Origin: a virus
Lineage: Duplodnaviria > Caudoviricetes
Virus record (IMG/VR): IMGVR_UViG_3300017780_002487
Coordinates: 1 to 36,309 of that record
Reading direction: 5' to 3' (one strand)
Length of the DNA: 36,309 nucleotides
Below, one piece after another: positions 1-7,101 of this stretch. Both the position numbers and the translations under genes were made by a program. Each line of letters begins with the position of its first letter. Position 1 is the stretch's first letter. The notes below the pieces were generated by a model that had not been told where the DNA came from, did no database searches, and saw only the letters and a program-made list of their open reading frames with translations.

Positions 1-123
1 GGCTTATTTTTTTCAAGTTTTCCGACGACGTGCGCAACCGTTGGGAAGAATCTACCTTCGGTGGAGTCACGCATGTGGTCACGCAATGCCTGCTTTACGT
101 CCTCGATGTCAAAATCACACAAC
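1..123. repeat. Terminal direct repeat, left copy (identical to 36187-36309)
   Basis: ggcttatttttttcaag...aaaatcacacaac occurs at both ends; the reading frame continues across the junction. Confidence 0.97.
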
Positions 124-239
124 ATCTCAAAGTACGTTTTGCAAACCTCTTTTGTGACGGCCCGACTGTAATACTCTGCCGTTTTCCCCATGACCTCAAA
201 AAACTCACGAACATCTTTCTCGCTTTCACGCATTGCCAT
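1..239 (-). CDS. 5' part of a junction-spanning protein (about 210 aa, DUF6475-like, position of a helicase loader/accessory gene)
   Basis: ATG at 239 reads MAMRESEKDVREFFEVMGKTAEYYSRAVTKEVCKTYFEMLCDFDIEDVKQ..., in frame with the 35793-36308 ORF through the repeat; overlaps the end of the initiator gene. Confidence 0.8.
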   Translation of the reverse strand, partial: MAMRESEKDVREFFEVMGKTAEYYSRAVTKEVCKTYFEMLCDFDIEDVKQALRDHMRDSTEGRFFPTVAHVVGKLEKNK

Positions 240-996
240 TTTTTTCAATCTCCAAAATGTCTTTAACAAAAAAACAATCGCCATCTAAAACATCGCCAAA
301 AATTTGACCGACAATTTCGTCTGCCGCTGAACCCATGCTCTTGCCAATAATTTGTGACTTTGCTGTTGATTGCCCAGCAGTCTGAACCCACTCGGCCTTG
401 AAGCCAGACCAACCTCTGGCGCACATCGTTTCTAAAGCGGCCTCCAGGTTCATGCCTGCCTTGCCTGCCTCGGCCTGTATGCTTTTCAAAACCGTCTCCG
501 TGACCGTTGCCTTCTTTGCTTTCCTGTGAGCTACCCAGTCTGTCCAAGTCTGGTCTGAAACGTCATCAGGTTTAGAGACAATAGAGCGCGAAGCGCTAGC
601 CGCTTGCGGCTTTTCTTTTTTTTCTTTTTCCTCTTTTTTTCTCTCTACCTCTCCCTTTGTCTTTGTCTCTGTCTCTGTCTCTGGTGCATCATCTTGATAT
701 CGCTCTGATATCACCTCGATATCATCCATATATAAAAATGGTTTGAGCTCTTTTAAGGCATTGATTACTTTGACTTTATCCATTCTAAGCCTAAATGCAA
801 TGTCATCAACGCTTGGTAAATTGCCCTGCATTTGCTTGTCTTCAGAAGCGAGCAACCAGACCCCAACCAATACACGAAAAGAACAGTCTGATATCAAGCT
901 GATATCACGATGATCTAAAATATCCCTGTAAAGTTTTATCCAAGGCGGGCATCTATCTTTAAAGTGCTGAAGTTTTGCGAAATTTTTAACTTTCAT
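226..996 (-). CDS. Phage replication initiator (lambda O/DnaT-like)
   Basis: N-terminal PPWIKLYRDILD, low-complexity ETETET/K-E-rich linker, C-terminal WTDWVAHRKAKK...RGWSGFKAEW. Confidence 0.75.
   Translation of the reverse strand: MKVKNFAKLQHFKDRCPPWIKLYRDILDHRDISLISDCSFRVLVGVWLLASEDKQMQGNLPSVDDIAFRLRMDKVKVINALKELKPFLYMDDIEVISERYQDDAPETETETKTKGEVERKKEEKEKKEKPQAASASRSIVSKPDDVSDQTWTDWVAHRKAKKATVTETVLKSIQAEAGKAGMNLEAALETMCARGWSGFKAEWVQTAGQSTAKSQIIGKSMGSAADEIVGQIFGDVLDGDCFFVKDILEIEKNGNA
685..723. repeat. Iteron-like GATATC repeats at 11-bp spacing inside the initiator gene (putative origin)
   Basis: GATATC at 696, 707 and 718 (degenerate copy at 685), a second pair at 890 and 901; next to a pyrimidine-rich tract at about 610-680. 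Confidence 0.55.
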
Positions 997-1186
997 TTGA
1001 ACCGCCTTTTTTTGCTTTTGCGATCATTTTTCTGATCTTTTCCCGATGTGTTTTTACATGCTTGGCCGCACAAGAAACACAATTGTCATTCAGTACGTAT
1101 CTTGTCGTTTCGCCGCACTTTGGGCATGGCCGCCCTTGGTATCTGGTGTTGCCTTTATTGATTGCGTCAATTCTGTCTTTGTCCAT
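986..1186 (-). CDS. Small Zn-finger protein
   Basis: CPKC...CVSC pairs; first gene of the leftward early unit; overlaps the initiator start. Confidence 0.65.
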   Translation of the reverse strand: MDKDRIDAINKGNTRYQGRPCPKCGETTRYVLNDNCVSCAAKHVKTHREKIRKMIAKAKKGGSNES

Positions 1187-1309
1187 GACCGCCTTTCATT
1201 GAAAGCAATATCTTACTATTTCACTCTCCACGTGTAAAGCGCTGTTTGCGTTTTTTTTGCATACCGTTAAAATTCATTTGTCGGTGTTCTTCCCTGTTCA
1301 CCGGCCACT

Positions 1310-1346
1310 ACCCCGAGATTGGTTGCGTCAATCGTCGGGGTTTTTC
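1310..1346 (+). terminator. Hairpin followed by a T tract in the divergent intergenic region
   Basis: ACCCCGA-GATTG...CAATC-G-TCGGGGT followed by TTTTC. Confidence 0.45.
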
Positions 1347-1384
1347 TTTGCCTAAAAATAAATTCAAAAAAAAGCAAAAAAGCC

Positions 1385-1433
1385 AACACACACTAATAAA
1401 TTGTGTTTATAATCTAATCTCTTTCAACGCAAC
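1385..1433 (+). promoter_or_regulatory. Rightward early promoter with operator-like inverted repeat
   Basis: TATAAT at 1408-1413; AACACA (1385-1390)...TGTGTT (1402-1407); CTTTCAACGCAAC downstream resembles the promoters at 33542 and 34429. Confidence 0.55.
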
Positions 1434-1447
1434 TGAAGGCAGCAAAA

Positions 1448-1777
1448 ATGAATTCTTCCAATTACCCAGCAGGCACTTACGAAGCACTACTTAAAAAAGA
1501 CCGCGCAGAAATGCGCTACACAAGCCGAGTTGTTGATCTGGTCGTACGAGAAAAAGCGGAACTTGCAGAGACTCTGCAAAAGCCATTTGTCGAGGCATAC
1601 AACACCTTGGCAGAGGTGGATGAGCGCATTTGCCACGAAGATATGTACCAGTGCATTCACTTGGTCGCTGCTGGCGCGCCTGATGAAGTTGTAGGCGCAT
1701 TGTTTGCCAAATACGTAAGGTTGGCCACTGCTGAAGTGGCAATCAGGAATGCGTATTACACCGCAGAAAACGAATAA
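1448..1777 (+). CDS. Hypothetical early protein (109 aa)
   Basis: First ORF after the promoter, purine-rich GAAGG upstream. Confidence 0.65.
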   Translation: MNSSNYPAGTYEALLKKDRAEMRYTSRVVDLVVREKAELAETLQKPFVEAYNTLAEVDERICHEDMYQCIHLVAAGAPDEVVGALFAKYVRLATAEVAIRNAYYTAENE

Positions 1778-1784
1778 ACCACAC

Positions 1785-1800
1785 AGGGGCGAAAGCCCCT
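1785..1800 (+). other. GC hairpin with GAAA tetraloop and no U tract
   Basis: AGGGGC-GAAA-GCCCCT; same core as the terminator at 29291-29304. Confidence 0.5.
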
Positions 1801-1817
1801 ACAACCGAAAGAAAAAA

Positions 1818-2366
1818 ATGAAAAAATCCGAAAGCATCTCCGACCTGGCATTCGCACTGGCAAAAGCACAAAGCGAAATGAACAATCCGCAGTTCGATAG
1901 TAAAAACCCGCATTTCAAATCGTCATACGCTAGTCTGGCGTCAGTTCGCAATGCGGTTGTGCCGGTTCTAGCTCGTAACGGTTTGAGCCTGTTACAGGAC
2001 GTTACAACAACCGAGAGCGGTGTCACCTGCTCTAATCTGCTGATGCACGAGTCAGGACAATGGATTGAAACTCAAGGCATAACGGTTTTTGTAGACAAGC
2101 AGAACGCACACGGCATTGGGTCAGCCACAACCTACGCTAGACGGTTCAGCCTGATGGCCTTGGTTACCGTTGTCGGTGATGACGATGACGATGGCAATGG
2201 AACAATTCAAATTAGGCCAGAAGTTGCAAAAGATTTGGCATTGGAAAAGAAAATCAAAGAATGCGAAACGCTTGATGATCTGGCCAAACTTTGGACATCA
2301 ATACAGCCAGCTCAGCAGAAATTGCTCGCAGACGCTAAAGACACACGCAAGAAAGAACTTTCATGA
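1818..2366 (+). CDS. erf: ERF-family single-strand annealing protein
   Basis: LAFALAKAQ...KNPHFKSSYASL...HESGQWIE...GSATTYARRFSL...DDDDGN signature; likely start ATG 1818. Confidence 0.92.
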   Translation: MKKSESISDLAFALAKAQSEMNNPQFDSKNPHFKSSYASLASVRNAVVPVLARNGLSLLQDVTTTESGVTCSNLLMHESGQWIETQGITVFVDKQNAHGIGSATTYARRFSLMALVTVVGDDDDDGNGTIQIRPEVAKDLALEKKIKECETLDDLAKLWTSIQPAQQKLLADAKDTRKKELS

Positions 2367-2989
2367 AAACGATAGAACTCAATTTTGAGCAACGGTCACC
2401 AGAATGGTTTAACGCCCGTTTGGGCTGCGTTACCGGCTCTGGTGTGGCCAATGTGCTGGCAAAGTTAAAGACCGGAGGGGAGGCCGCTACACGCAAGCAA
2501 TACCGCACAAAATTAGCGGTTGAGCGAATTACCGGATCCGTTCAAGAAAATGGCTTTTTTAGTGGCGCCATGCAATGGGGCATCGAGCAAGAGAAATTCG
2601 CTCGCGGTGCGTATGAGTCACTGAATGGCGTAATGGTTCGTGAGGCCGGTTTCATTAAAGTGAAGGATGAATTCATTGGTTATTCACCGGACGGATTCAA
2701 CGGCACAAATTTGATTGAAATCAAATGTCCTGAGTCAGCCACGCATTTTGAATACCTTGAAGCTGGCCGCCTTCCATCACAGTACAAGCCACAGGTTCAA
2801 TTCGGCTTGTGGGTTACCAATGCAGAGTGGTGCGATTTCGTAAGTTATGACCCACGCTTTCCTGAGCATTTGCAACTTTTTGTCTTGCGGGTTGAGCGTG
2901 ACGAGGATTACATCAAGAACCTGGCAGAAGAAGTGAATTTTTTTAACGATGAAGTATCACAAATTACTAAAAGAATGGAAAAGAAATAA
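2363..2989 (+). CDS. YqaJ/lambda-exonuclease family recombination nuclease
   Basis: QRSPEWFNARLG.VTGS, AMQWGIEQE, YSPDG...IEIKCP, QVQFGLWV...WCDFVSYDPR. Confidence 0.93.
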   Translation: MKTIELNFEQRSPEWFNARLGCVTGSGVANVLAKLKTGGEAATRKQYRTKLAVERITGSVQENGFFSGAMQWGIEQEKFARGAYESLNGVMVREAGFIKVKDEFIGYSPDGFNGTNLIEIKCPESATHFEYLEAGRLPSQYKPQVQFGLWVTNAEWCDFVSYDPRFPEHLQLFVLRVERDEDYIKNLAEEVNFFNDEVSQITKRMEKK

Positions 2990-3372
2990 TGTTTACAGCA
3001 CTTTTAACAGTTGGTCGTGACGTTGAGGTTCGTTTCACAAGCGGTGGCGATGCCGTTGCAAGCATATCACTGGCATACACCTACGGACGCAAGGGAAAGG
3101 ACGGTAAGCGTCCTACACAATGGATTGATGGCACCATCTGGGGCAAACAGGCAGAGTCACTGGCGCCGTATCTGACCAAAGGAACAAAGATTGTCGCAAG
3201 TCTGGACGAACTCCACATTGAGACTTATGTCGGCAAGGATGGGGCAGAGAAATCCAAGCTGACCGGGAAAGTTGTTGGAATTAATTTTGCAAGCAAACCA
3301 ACAGATTCAGACCAGCCAGCAGCGCCAAAGCCAAAGCCAGTCGCGGACATTCAGGATGATGTTCCGTTCTGA
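2989..3372 (+). CDS. ssb: Single-stranded DNA-binding protein
   Basis: GRDVEVRFTSGG...WGKQAESLAPYLTKG OB-fold motifs and acidic DDVPF tail. Confidence 0.93.
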   Translation: MFTALLTVGRDVEVRFTSGGDAVASISLAYTYGRKGKDGKRPTQWIDGTIWGKQAESLAPYLTKGTKIVASLDELHIETYVGKDGAEKSKLTGKVVGINFASKPTDSDQPAAPKPKPVADIQDDVPF

Positions 3373-3399
3373 TAAAAAATAATTAAAAAAACTTTCCTG

Positions 3400-3444
3400 T
3401 TGTCTTTTATGTGTGTTAGTATACTTATATTGGTTCAACAGGGG
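3400..3444 (+). promoter_or_regulatory. Putative internal promoter and CAACAGGGG leader
   Basis: TATACT at about 3420-3425 preceded by GTGTGTTA (related to the other early promoters); CAACAGGGG at 3436-3444. Confidence 0.4.
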
Positions 3445-3451
3445 AGTTTAA

Positions 3452-3640
3452 ATGAAGGCAAAAATGATTTTTGAAGCAGCTCAGGAATTACGCAAAGCCG
3501 CAGACAGGCTAGAAGTTGAGGCAAGAAAAGCCGCAGCGCTTGAAGTAAACGAGATTGGAAACATTCTGAATTATCTGATTCAGATAGATGACCTTAAAAA
3601 ACAAATTGAAGAAAGAAGAAGAAAAAATGAAATTCTATGA
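3452..3640 (+). CDS. Hypothetical coiled-coil protein
   Basis: GGGGAG RBS; helical composition. Confidence 0.65.
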   Translation: MKAKMIFEAAQELRKAADRLEVEARKAAALEVNEIGNILNYLIQIDDLKKQIEERRRKNEIL

Positions 3641-3794
3641 CAAGTTTAAAAAAACACCGCGTACTAGGCTCGATGCCTATGGTAGCAATGCCTACATTTA
3701 CGAGGACAACTGGATGGACCGCCATCCTATGTTTTGCGGTGGGGTTGTTGGGTTTGTTCTCGCAGTGATTTTGTTTATTGGGATTGGGGTATGA
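3627..3794 (+). CDS. Small membrane protein
   Basis: C-terminal hydrophobic segment GGVVGFVLAVILFIGIGV; likely start ATG 3627. Confidence 0.6.
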   Translation: MKFYDKFKKTPRTRLDAYGSNAYIYEDNWMDRHPMFCGGVVGFVLAVILFIGIGV

Positions 3795-3892
3795 GAGATG
3801 ATTTTATTTGCTGTTGCGTTGTTGGCGTGTGTTGTGTTTTATCTGCCGTAATTTGTTTTTATAACGTATATTCACTGATGGGGATTAAATGA
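3791..3892 (+). CDS. 33-aa Cys-rich hydrophobic peptide (not in ORF track)
   Basis: MRDDFICCCVVGVCCVLSAVICFYNVYSLMGIK; ATGA overlaps at both ends. Confidence 0.5.
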   Translation: MRDDFICCCVVGVCCVLSAVICFYNVYSLMGIK

Positions 3893-4035
3893 ATACTTAT
3901 GAATTGAAGGAATACAAAGAGTTGCTTATCAATTTGATAAACCCAGAAAAAGGGTTTCGGAGTGAAATTCCTCTTTATATTCTGCAAAACATTGCCAAAA
4001 CCCTGAACAAATGGAACGAAAGCGATGCGGTTTAA
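3889..4035 (+). CDS. 48-aa hypothetical protein (not in ORF track)
   Basis: MNTYELKEYKELLINLINPEKGFRSEIPLYILQNIAKTLNKWNESDAV; fills the gap with coupled overlaps. Confidence 0.55.
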   Translation: MNTYELKEYKELLINLINPEKGFRSEIPLYILQNIAKTLNKWNESDAV

Positions 4036-4429
4036 GCGCCCAACGCTTGCGCAAGTTCAGACTGTTTTTGGCGGTATCGAACTGTTCTGCTCTCAGTTAA
4101 TAGCCGGTGAGGTTTATTCTACTGAGGATGGAACGGTTCTTTACAAAGACCTTGAAGGTTTGTACTACATTGCGCACCCAGCCGTTCTCGGCCTTGCTGA
4201 GGTGATTGAAGCGCTATCAAAATCATTTAAGTTGAGCATTGATTTTGAGGCAATGAAGGAAATGGCCAGAAAGTTAAAAGACAAAGAGGAAATACCACCT
4301 GATTTTGCAAAGAGGTTCGAGAATTCAATTATTCATGCAAAAAAAGCGTATTTCAGAATGAACGTTTACAAAGTGAGAGAAATTGTCCGGTCTTTAGAAA
4401 TTGGCTGGCGCATACGTGGGGAAATATGA
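4025..4429 (+). CDS. Hypothetical protein (134 aa)
   Basis: Overlaps both neighbouring genes in the operon. Confidence 0.65.
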   Translation: MRFKRPTLAQVQTVFGGIELFCSQLIAGEVYSTEDGTVLYKDLEGLYYIAHPAVLGLAEVIEALSKSFKLSIDFEAMKEMARKLKDKEEIPPDFAKRFENSIIHAKKAYFRMNVYKVREIVRSLEIGWRIRGEI

Positions 4430-4692
4430 GCGTTGAAAATATATTGGATGAGCGCGGTTTAAGATACGGTAAATTCAAAGACCACGCATTTGTGGCGCAA
4501 AGTTTGAAGTCAATAATTACCGTTGAATTAATGAAACGCGCAAAAAATTTATCATGCGACCAGGCGGAAGCCCTAGAAATGATCTGCCATAAGATTGCCA
4601 GGATTATAAACGGCGATTCAGATTATGCCGATAGCTGGGTGGATATTGCAGGGTATGCGACATTGGTGGCAAACCGGCTTAATGAAAAATGA
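4426..4692 (+). CDS. DUF6378-like phage protein
   Basis: ILDERGLRYG.F...EALEMICHKIARIINGD...DSWVDIAGYATLV. Confidence 0.8.
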   Translation: MSVENILDERGLRYGKFKDHAFVAQSLKSIITVELMKRAKNLSCDQAEALEMICHKIARIINGDSDYADSWVDIAGYATLVANRLNEK

Positions 4693-4739
4693 TTTTTTTA
4701 ATAATACTAGAATTTATATTACAAAGTTTGTGAGACACA

Positions 4740-4922
4740 ATGACAAAATCAGTTCAACGCGCAGTAAAAGCGCATTTAGAACGGCACATTGCTTCTGGCG
4801 GGTCAAAATTAACCGTTCTACTTGGCGCCAAAGAAACCCAGATTCTAAAAGAAATTTGCGATCTAACTGGGTTTTCTAGGACAGTGGTTATTAATAAACT
4901 TATTGAGTCAAGGAAAATATGA
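4740..4922 (+). CDS. Putative ribbon-helix-helix DNA-binding protein
   Basis: KLTVLL...LKEICDLTGFSRTVVINKLI fits an RHH strand-helix-helix pattern. Confidence 0.5.
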   Translation: MTKSVQRAVKAHLERHIASGGSKLTVLLGAKETQILKEICDLTGFSRTVVINKLIESRKI

Positions 4923-5161
4923 ATAAGCCAGTTGCTTGGATGTTGAGATTGCACTTGCCGAATTTTAATTCTAGTCAGATTCTATTTTGTACATTCAGCG
5001 AGGCAATTTCATATAAAAACGATCAGGAATTACTTTACAGAAGAATAAAGTTCTCAGACCCTATTCCTCTGTATTCAAATGAAGAAGAAAAAGGAAATAA
5101 AAAATCATTTATGGATTACGTGAACGATAAAATAGAAAAATTGTTCACGTATAGCGTCTGA
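4919..5161 (+). CDS. KPVAW-type modular hypothetical protein
   Basis: MNKPVAW...PIPLY motifs shared with genes at 30322-32775. Confidence 0.6.
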   Translation: MNKPVAWMLRLHLPNFNSSQILFCTFSEAISYKNDQELLYRRIKFSDPIPLYSNEEEKGNKKSFMDYVNDKIEKLFTYSV

Positions 5162-5162
5162 T

Positions 5163-5585
5163 TCATTGGCGGTTTTTGAGTTTCTCCCATGATCTCATGC
5201 CGCCAAGCCCTAGCAAGCCACCTAAAAGCGTCATTAGCACCTCGGTATCAGCCGGTCGCAGTGTCATCGCTTTCCCTGTTATTATCGCCACCAACTCCGG
5301 TGCGATAGGCTGCAAAATAGCATTGTAAAAAAGCCCAGACACACAAATCCACCCACATGCTGGCCTCCATCCGCCTCGAAATAAATCAGAACCCGCTTCA
5401 ATTTTATTTATTTCCATCTGGCCGCGTGCGAGTTCAACGTGAGCGTCCAATTCTTTAAACTCTCCAGACTGTTGCAGTTTCAAAAGTTCTAGTTGTGCAA
5501 TTGCTTTTTGTTGCGGGTCTGGAAATAAGCGATCAATGACTTTTGAGCCAATGTCAATAACGCTGCCAATCAGTAATGGATTCAT
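5163..5585 (-). CDS. 3TM holin (GTA holin/DUF3154-like)
   Basis: IDRLFPDP...GGWRPACGWIC...LLGGLLGLGGMRSWEK; start 5585 overlaps the endolysin stop. Confidence 0.85.
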   Translation of the reverse strand: MNPLLIGSVIDIGSKVIDRLFPDPQQKAIAQLELLKLQQSGEFKELDAHVELARGQMEINKIEAGSDLFRGGWRPACGWICVSGLFYNAILQPIAPELVAIITGKAMTLRPADTEVLMTLLGGLLGLGGMRSWEKLKNRQ

Positions 5586-5968
5586 ATTGGATATTCTTTC
5601 CAAGGTAGTTGAAAGTGTGGGCCATCCTTAAATAATTTCCAGTCGCCACCCCACTCTATTGGGATTGAAACCCGCCTTGCGGCCTCTTTTACACAATCAC
5701 CCAGCACATAGTACAAAGGCCAGTCCCACGCCACCTTGCTGCCGTATAAGGCCGCCAAATCTACTGCATGGCCTGTTAGGTGGCGACTGTTCATTGTCTG
5801 GCTGGCGCCGATTTTAACAAGTTCCTTCTGCCGCGCTAAAGTTCTGCAACCTTCGATAACTTTAAAATCAATGTCGGTGATTTTAATGGCCTCACGCACA
5901 ACCAGAACCAAATCAGGATGAACCCCGATTAAATTTTTTTCTGATTGAGCGCCAAGTTTGAAACTCAT
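5582..5968 (-). CDS. Endolysin, M15 L-Ala-D-Glu peptidase
   Basis: L.GVHPDL...EG.RT..RQ..L...GAS.TMNSRHLTGHAVD...WGGDW...DGPHFQL. Confidence 0.93.
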   Translation of the reverse strand: MSFKLGAQSEKNLIGVHPDLVLVVREAIKITDIDFKVIEGCRTLARQKELVKIGASQTMNSRHLTGHAVDLAALYGSKVAWDWPLYYVLGDCVKEAARRVSIPIEWGGDWKLFKDGPHFQLPWKEYPI

Positions 5969-6306
5969 TTTTTTGTCTTTGTCTCGACTTCAGACCTGAT
6001 GGCGGTGGACAATGCTGCACCGCGTTGGTTTGCAGGCATGGCGCCCAAAAACAACTCTATCCGCTTCAGCGTATCCCAGCCTACCATTTGCCCCTTTGTC
6101 TCGGCCAGATCGCGCTCTAATGACGCTAATCTGGCGTCGTGGCTTTTATATATCTGGGCAATTTCTACAAAGCGCTGTGTCATTTCCTGCCGCATTGCGT
6201 TTTGCTCTTTGTAGGTTTGCCATTGCAGTGCAGCGCTTGAGGTAATAACTGCGCACAATCCCCAAAAAAAGAACTTATGCAAAAATGATTCTGAACTATC
6301 AGACAT
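5965..6306 (-). CDS. Membrane-anchored coiled-coil protein (holin/antiholin-like)
   Basis: N-terminal hydrophobic segment plus coiled coil, immediately upstream of the endolysin. Confidence 0.5.
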   Translation of the reverse strand: MSDSSESFLHKFFFWGLCAVITSSAALQWQTYKEQNAMRQEMTQRFVEIAQIYKSHDARLASLERDLAETKGQMVGWDTLKRIELFLGAMPANQRGAALSTAIRSEVETKTKK

Positions 6307-6733
6307 TTTTATCCTCTTTCTCTGCCATGCTTTTTAAAAGCGCATACGCTGAATTTGGTGTAAAGCGCCAAGCGTCATGTATTCCGAGCGATTCCAAACA
6401 CGCTTCACTGCAAAACCATTTCTTTTTATTTTGCTTAATTGGTCCGAATGCAAATCTAATTAGCCCAAGGAAATCATATTTATAGCCCAAATGATTTTCA
6501 AACCAATTTCTTGAAATAGATTCGTCAAATAACCCTCTTGGGAGTTCGATAAAATCCCAATTAGAACCATTAAATTCGATATGCTTAAAGCGTACACCGC
6601 TATCCATAAAACTGCTTGAGGCTGATTGGTTATCTTCATAAACCAATTCCATGTGTGAATATAGGCCTCTATCCCACACGGAAACCAACTTATTAAATAG
6701 ACGGTGTTTACCCTTATAAAATGCAGCTTTCAA
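6299..6733 (-). CDS. Permuted papain-like (YiiX/NlpC-P60-type) enzyme
   Basis: YSHMELV (His) before G.KYDFLG...KWFCSE (Cys); probable TTG start at 6733. Confidence 0.75.
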   Translation of the reverse strand: MKAAFYKGKHRLFNKLVSVWDRGLYSHMELVYEDNQSASSSFMDSGVRFKHIEFNGSNWDFIELPRGLFDESISRNWFENHLGYKYDFLGLIRFAFGPIKQNKKKWFCSEACLESLGIHDAWRFTPNSAYALLKSMAEKEDKNV

Positions 6734-6743
6734 TTTTTGCCCT

Positions 6744-7100
6744 TTAATTGCATTTGATTTCTTTTTGATAGATTTTTCTTTCAAATCTATCTTTACCAAT
6801 AATTGCCTGTGATTTTATTCCAATTGGTAGCCATTGCATATTACTAACTGCATCACAACCACCGCAGGCGAGCGGTATTACATGGTCAATCGCCCAGCCT
6901 TTACAAGCGCCAGACGTTTTCCAATCTACTGGACATGGGTGAATTCTTTTAAATTGTGCAATAACGGCACTGCTTCTGCTAATTGAGCCATCCTCATCGC
7001 GCTTTGGAATTCCGCAATAACGGAGTTCCTCCATTGGCGGTAATTGAGCGAATGAATAATCAAAAGAAAAGGCCATCATTAGCAGAAGCAGTATTTTCAT
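6744..7100 (-). CDS. Signal-peptide-bearing HNH endonuclease
   Basis: MKILLLLMMAFSFDYSFA leader; FKRIHPCP...C.GWAIDHVIPLACGGCDAVSNMQW. Confidence 0.8.
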   Translation of the reverse strand: MKILLLLMMAFSFDYSFAQLPPMEELRYCGIPKRDEDGSISRSSAVIAQFKRIHPCPVDWKTSGACKGWAIDHVIPLACGGCDAVSNMQWLPIGIKSQAIIGKDRFERKIYQKEIKCN

Positions 7101-7101
7101 T

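Noticed and set aside
1-123. Terminal repeat as a biological virion DTR or att site
   Set aside because: It falls mid-gene and far from the terminase genes; an assembler overlap of a circularly permuted genome is the simpler explanation
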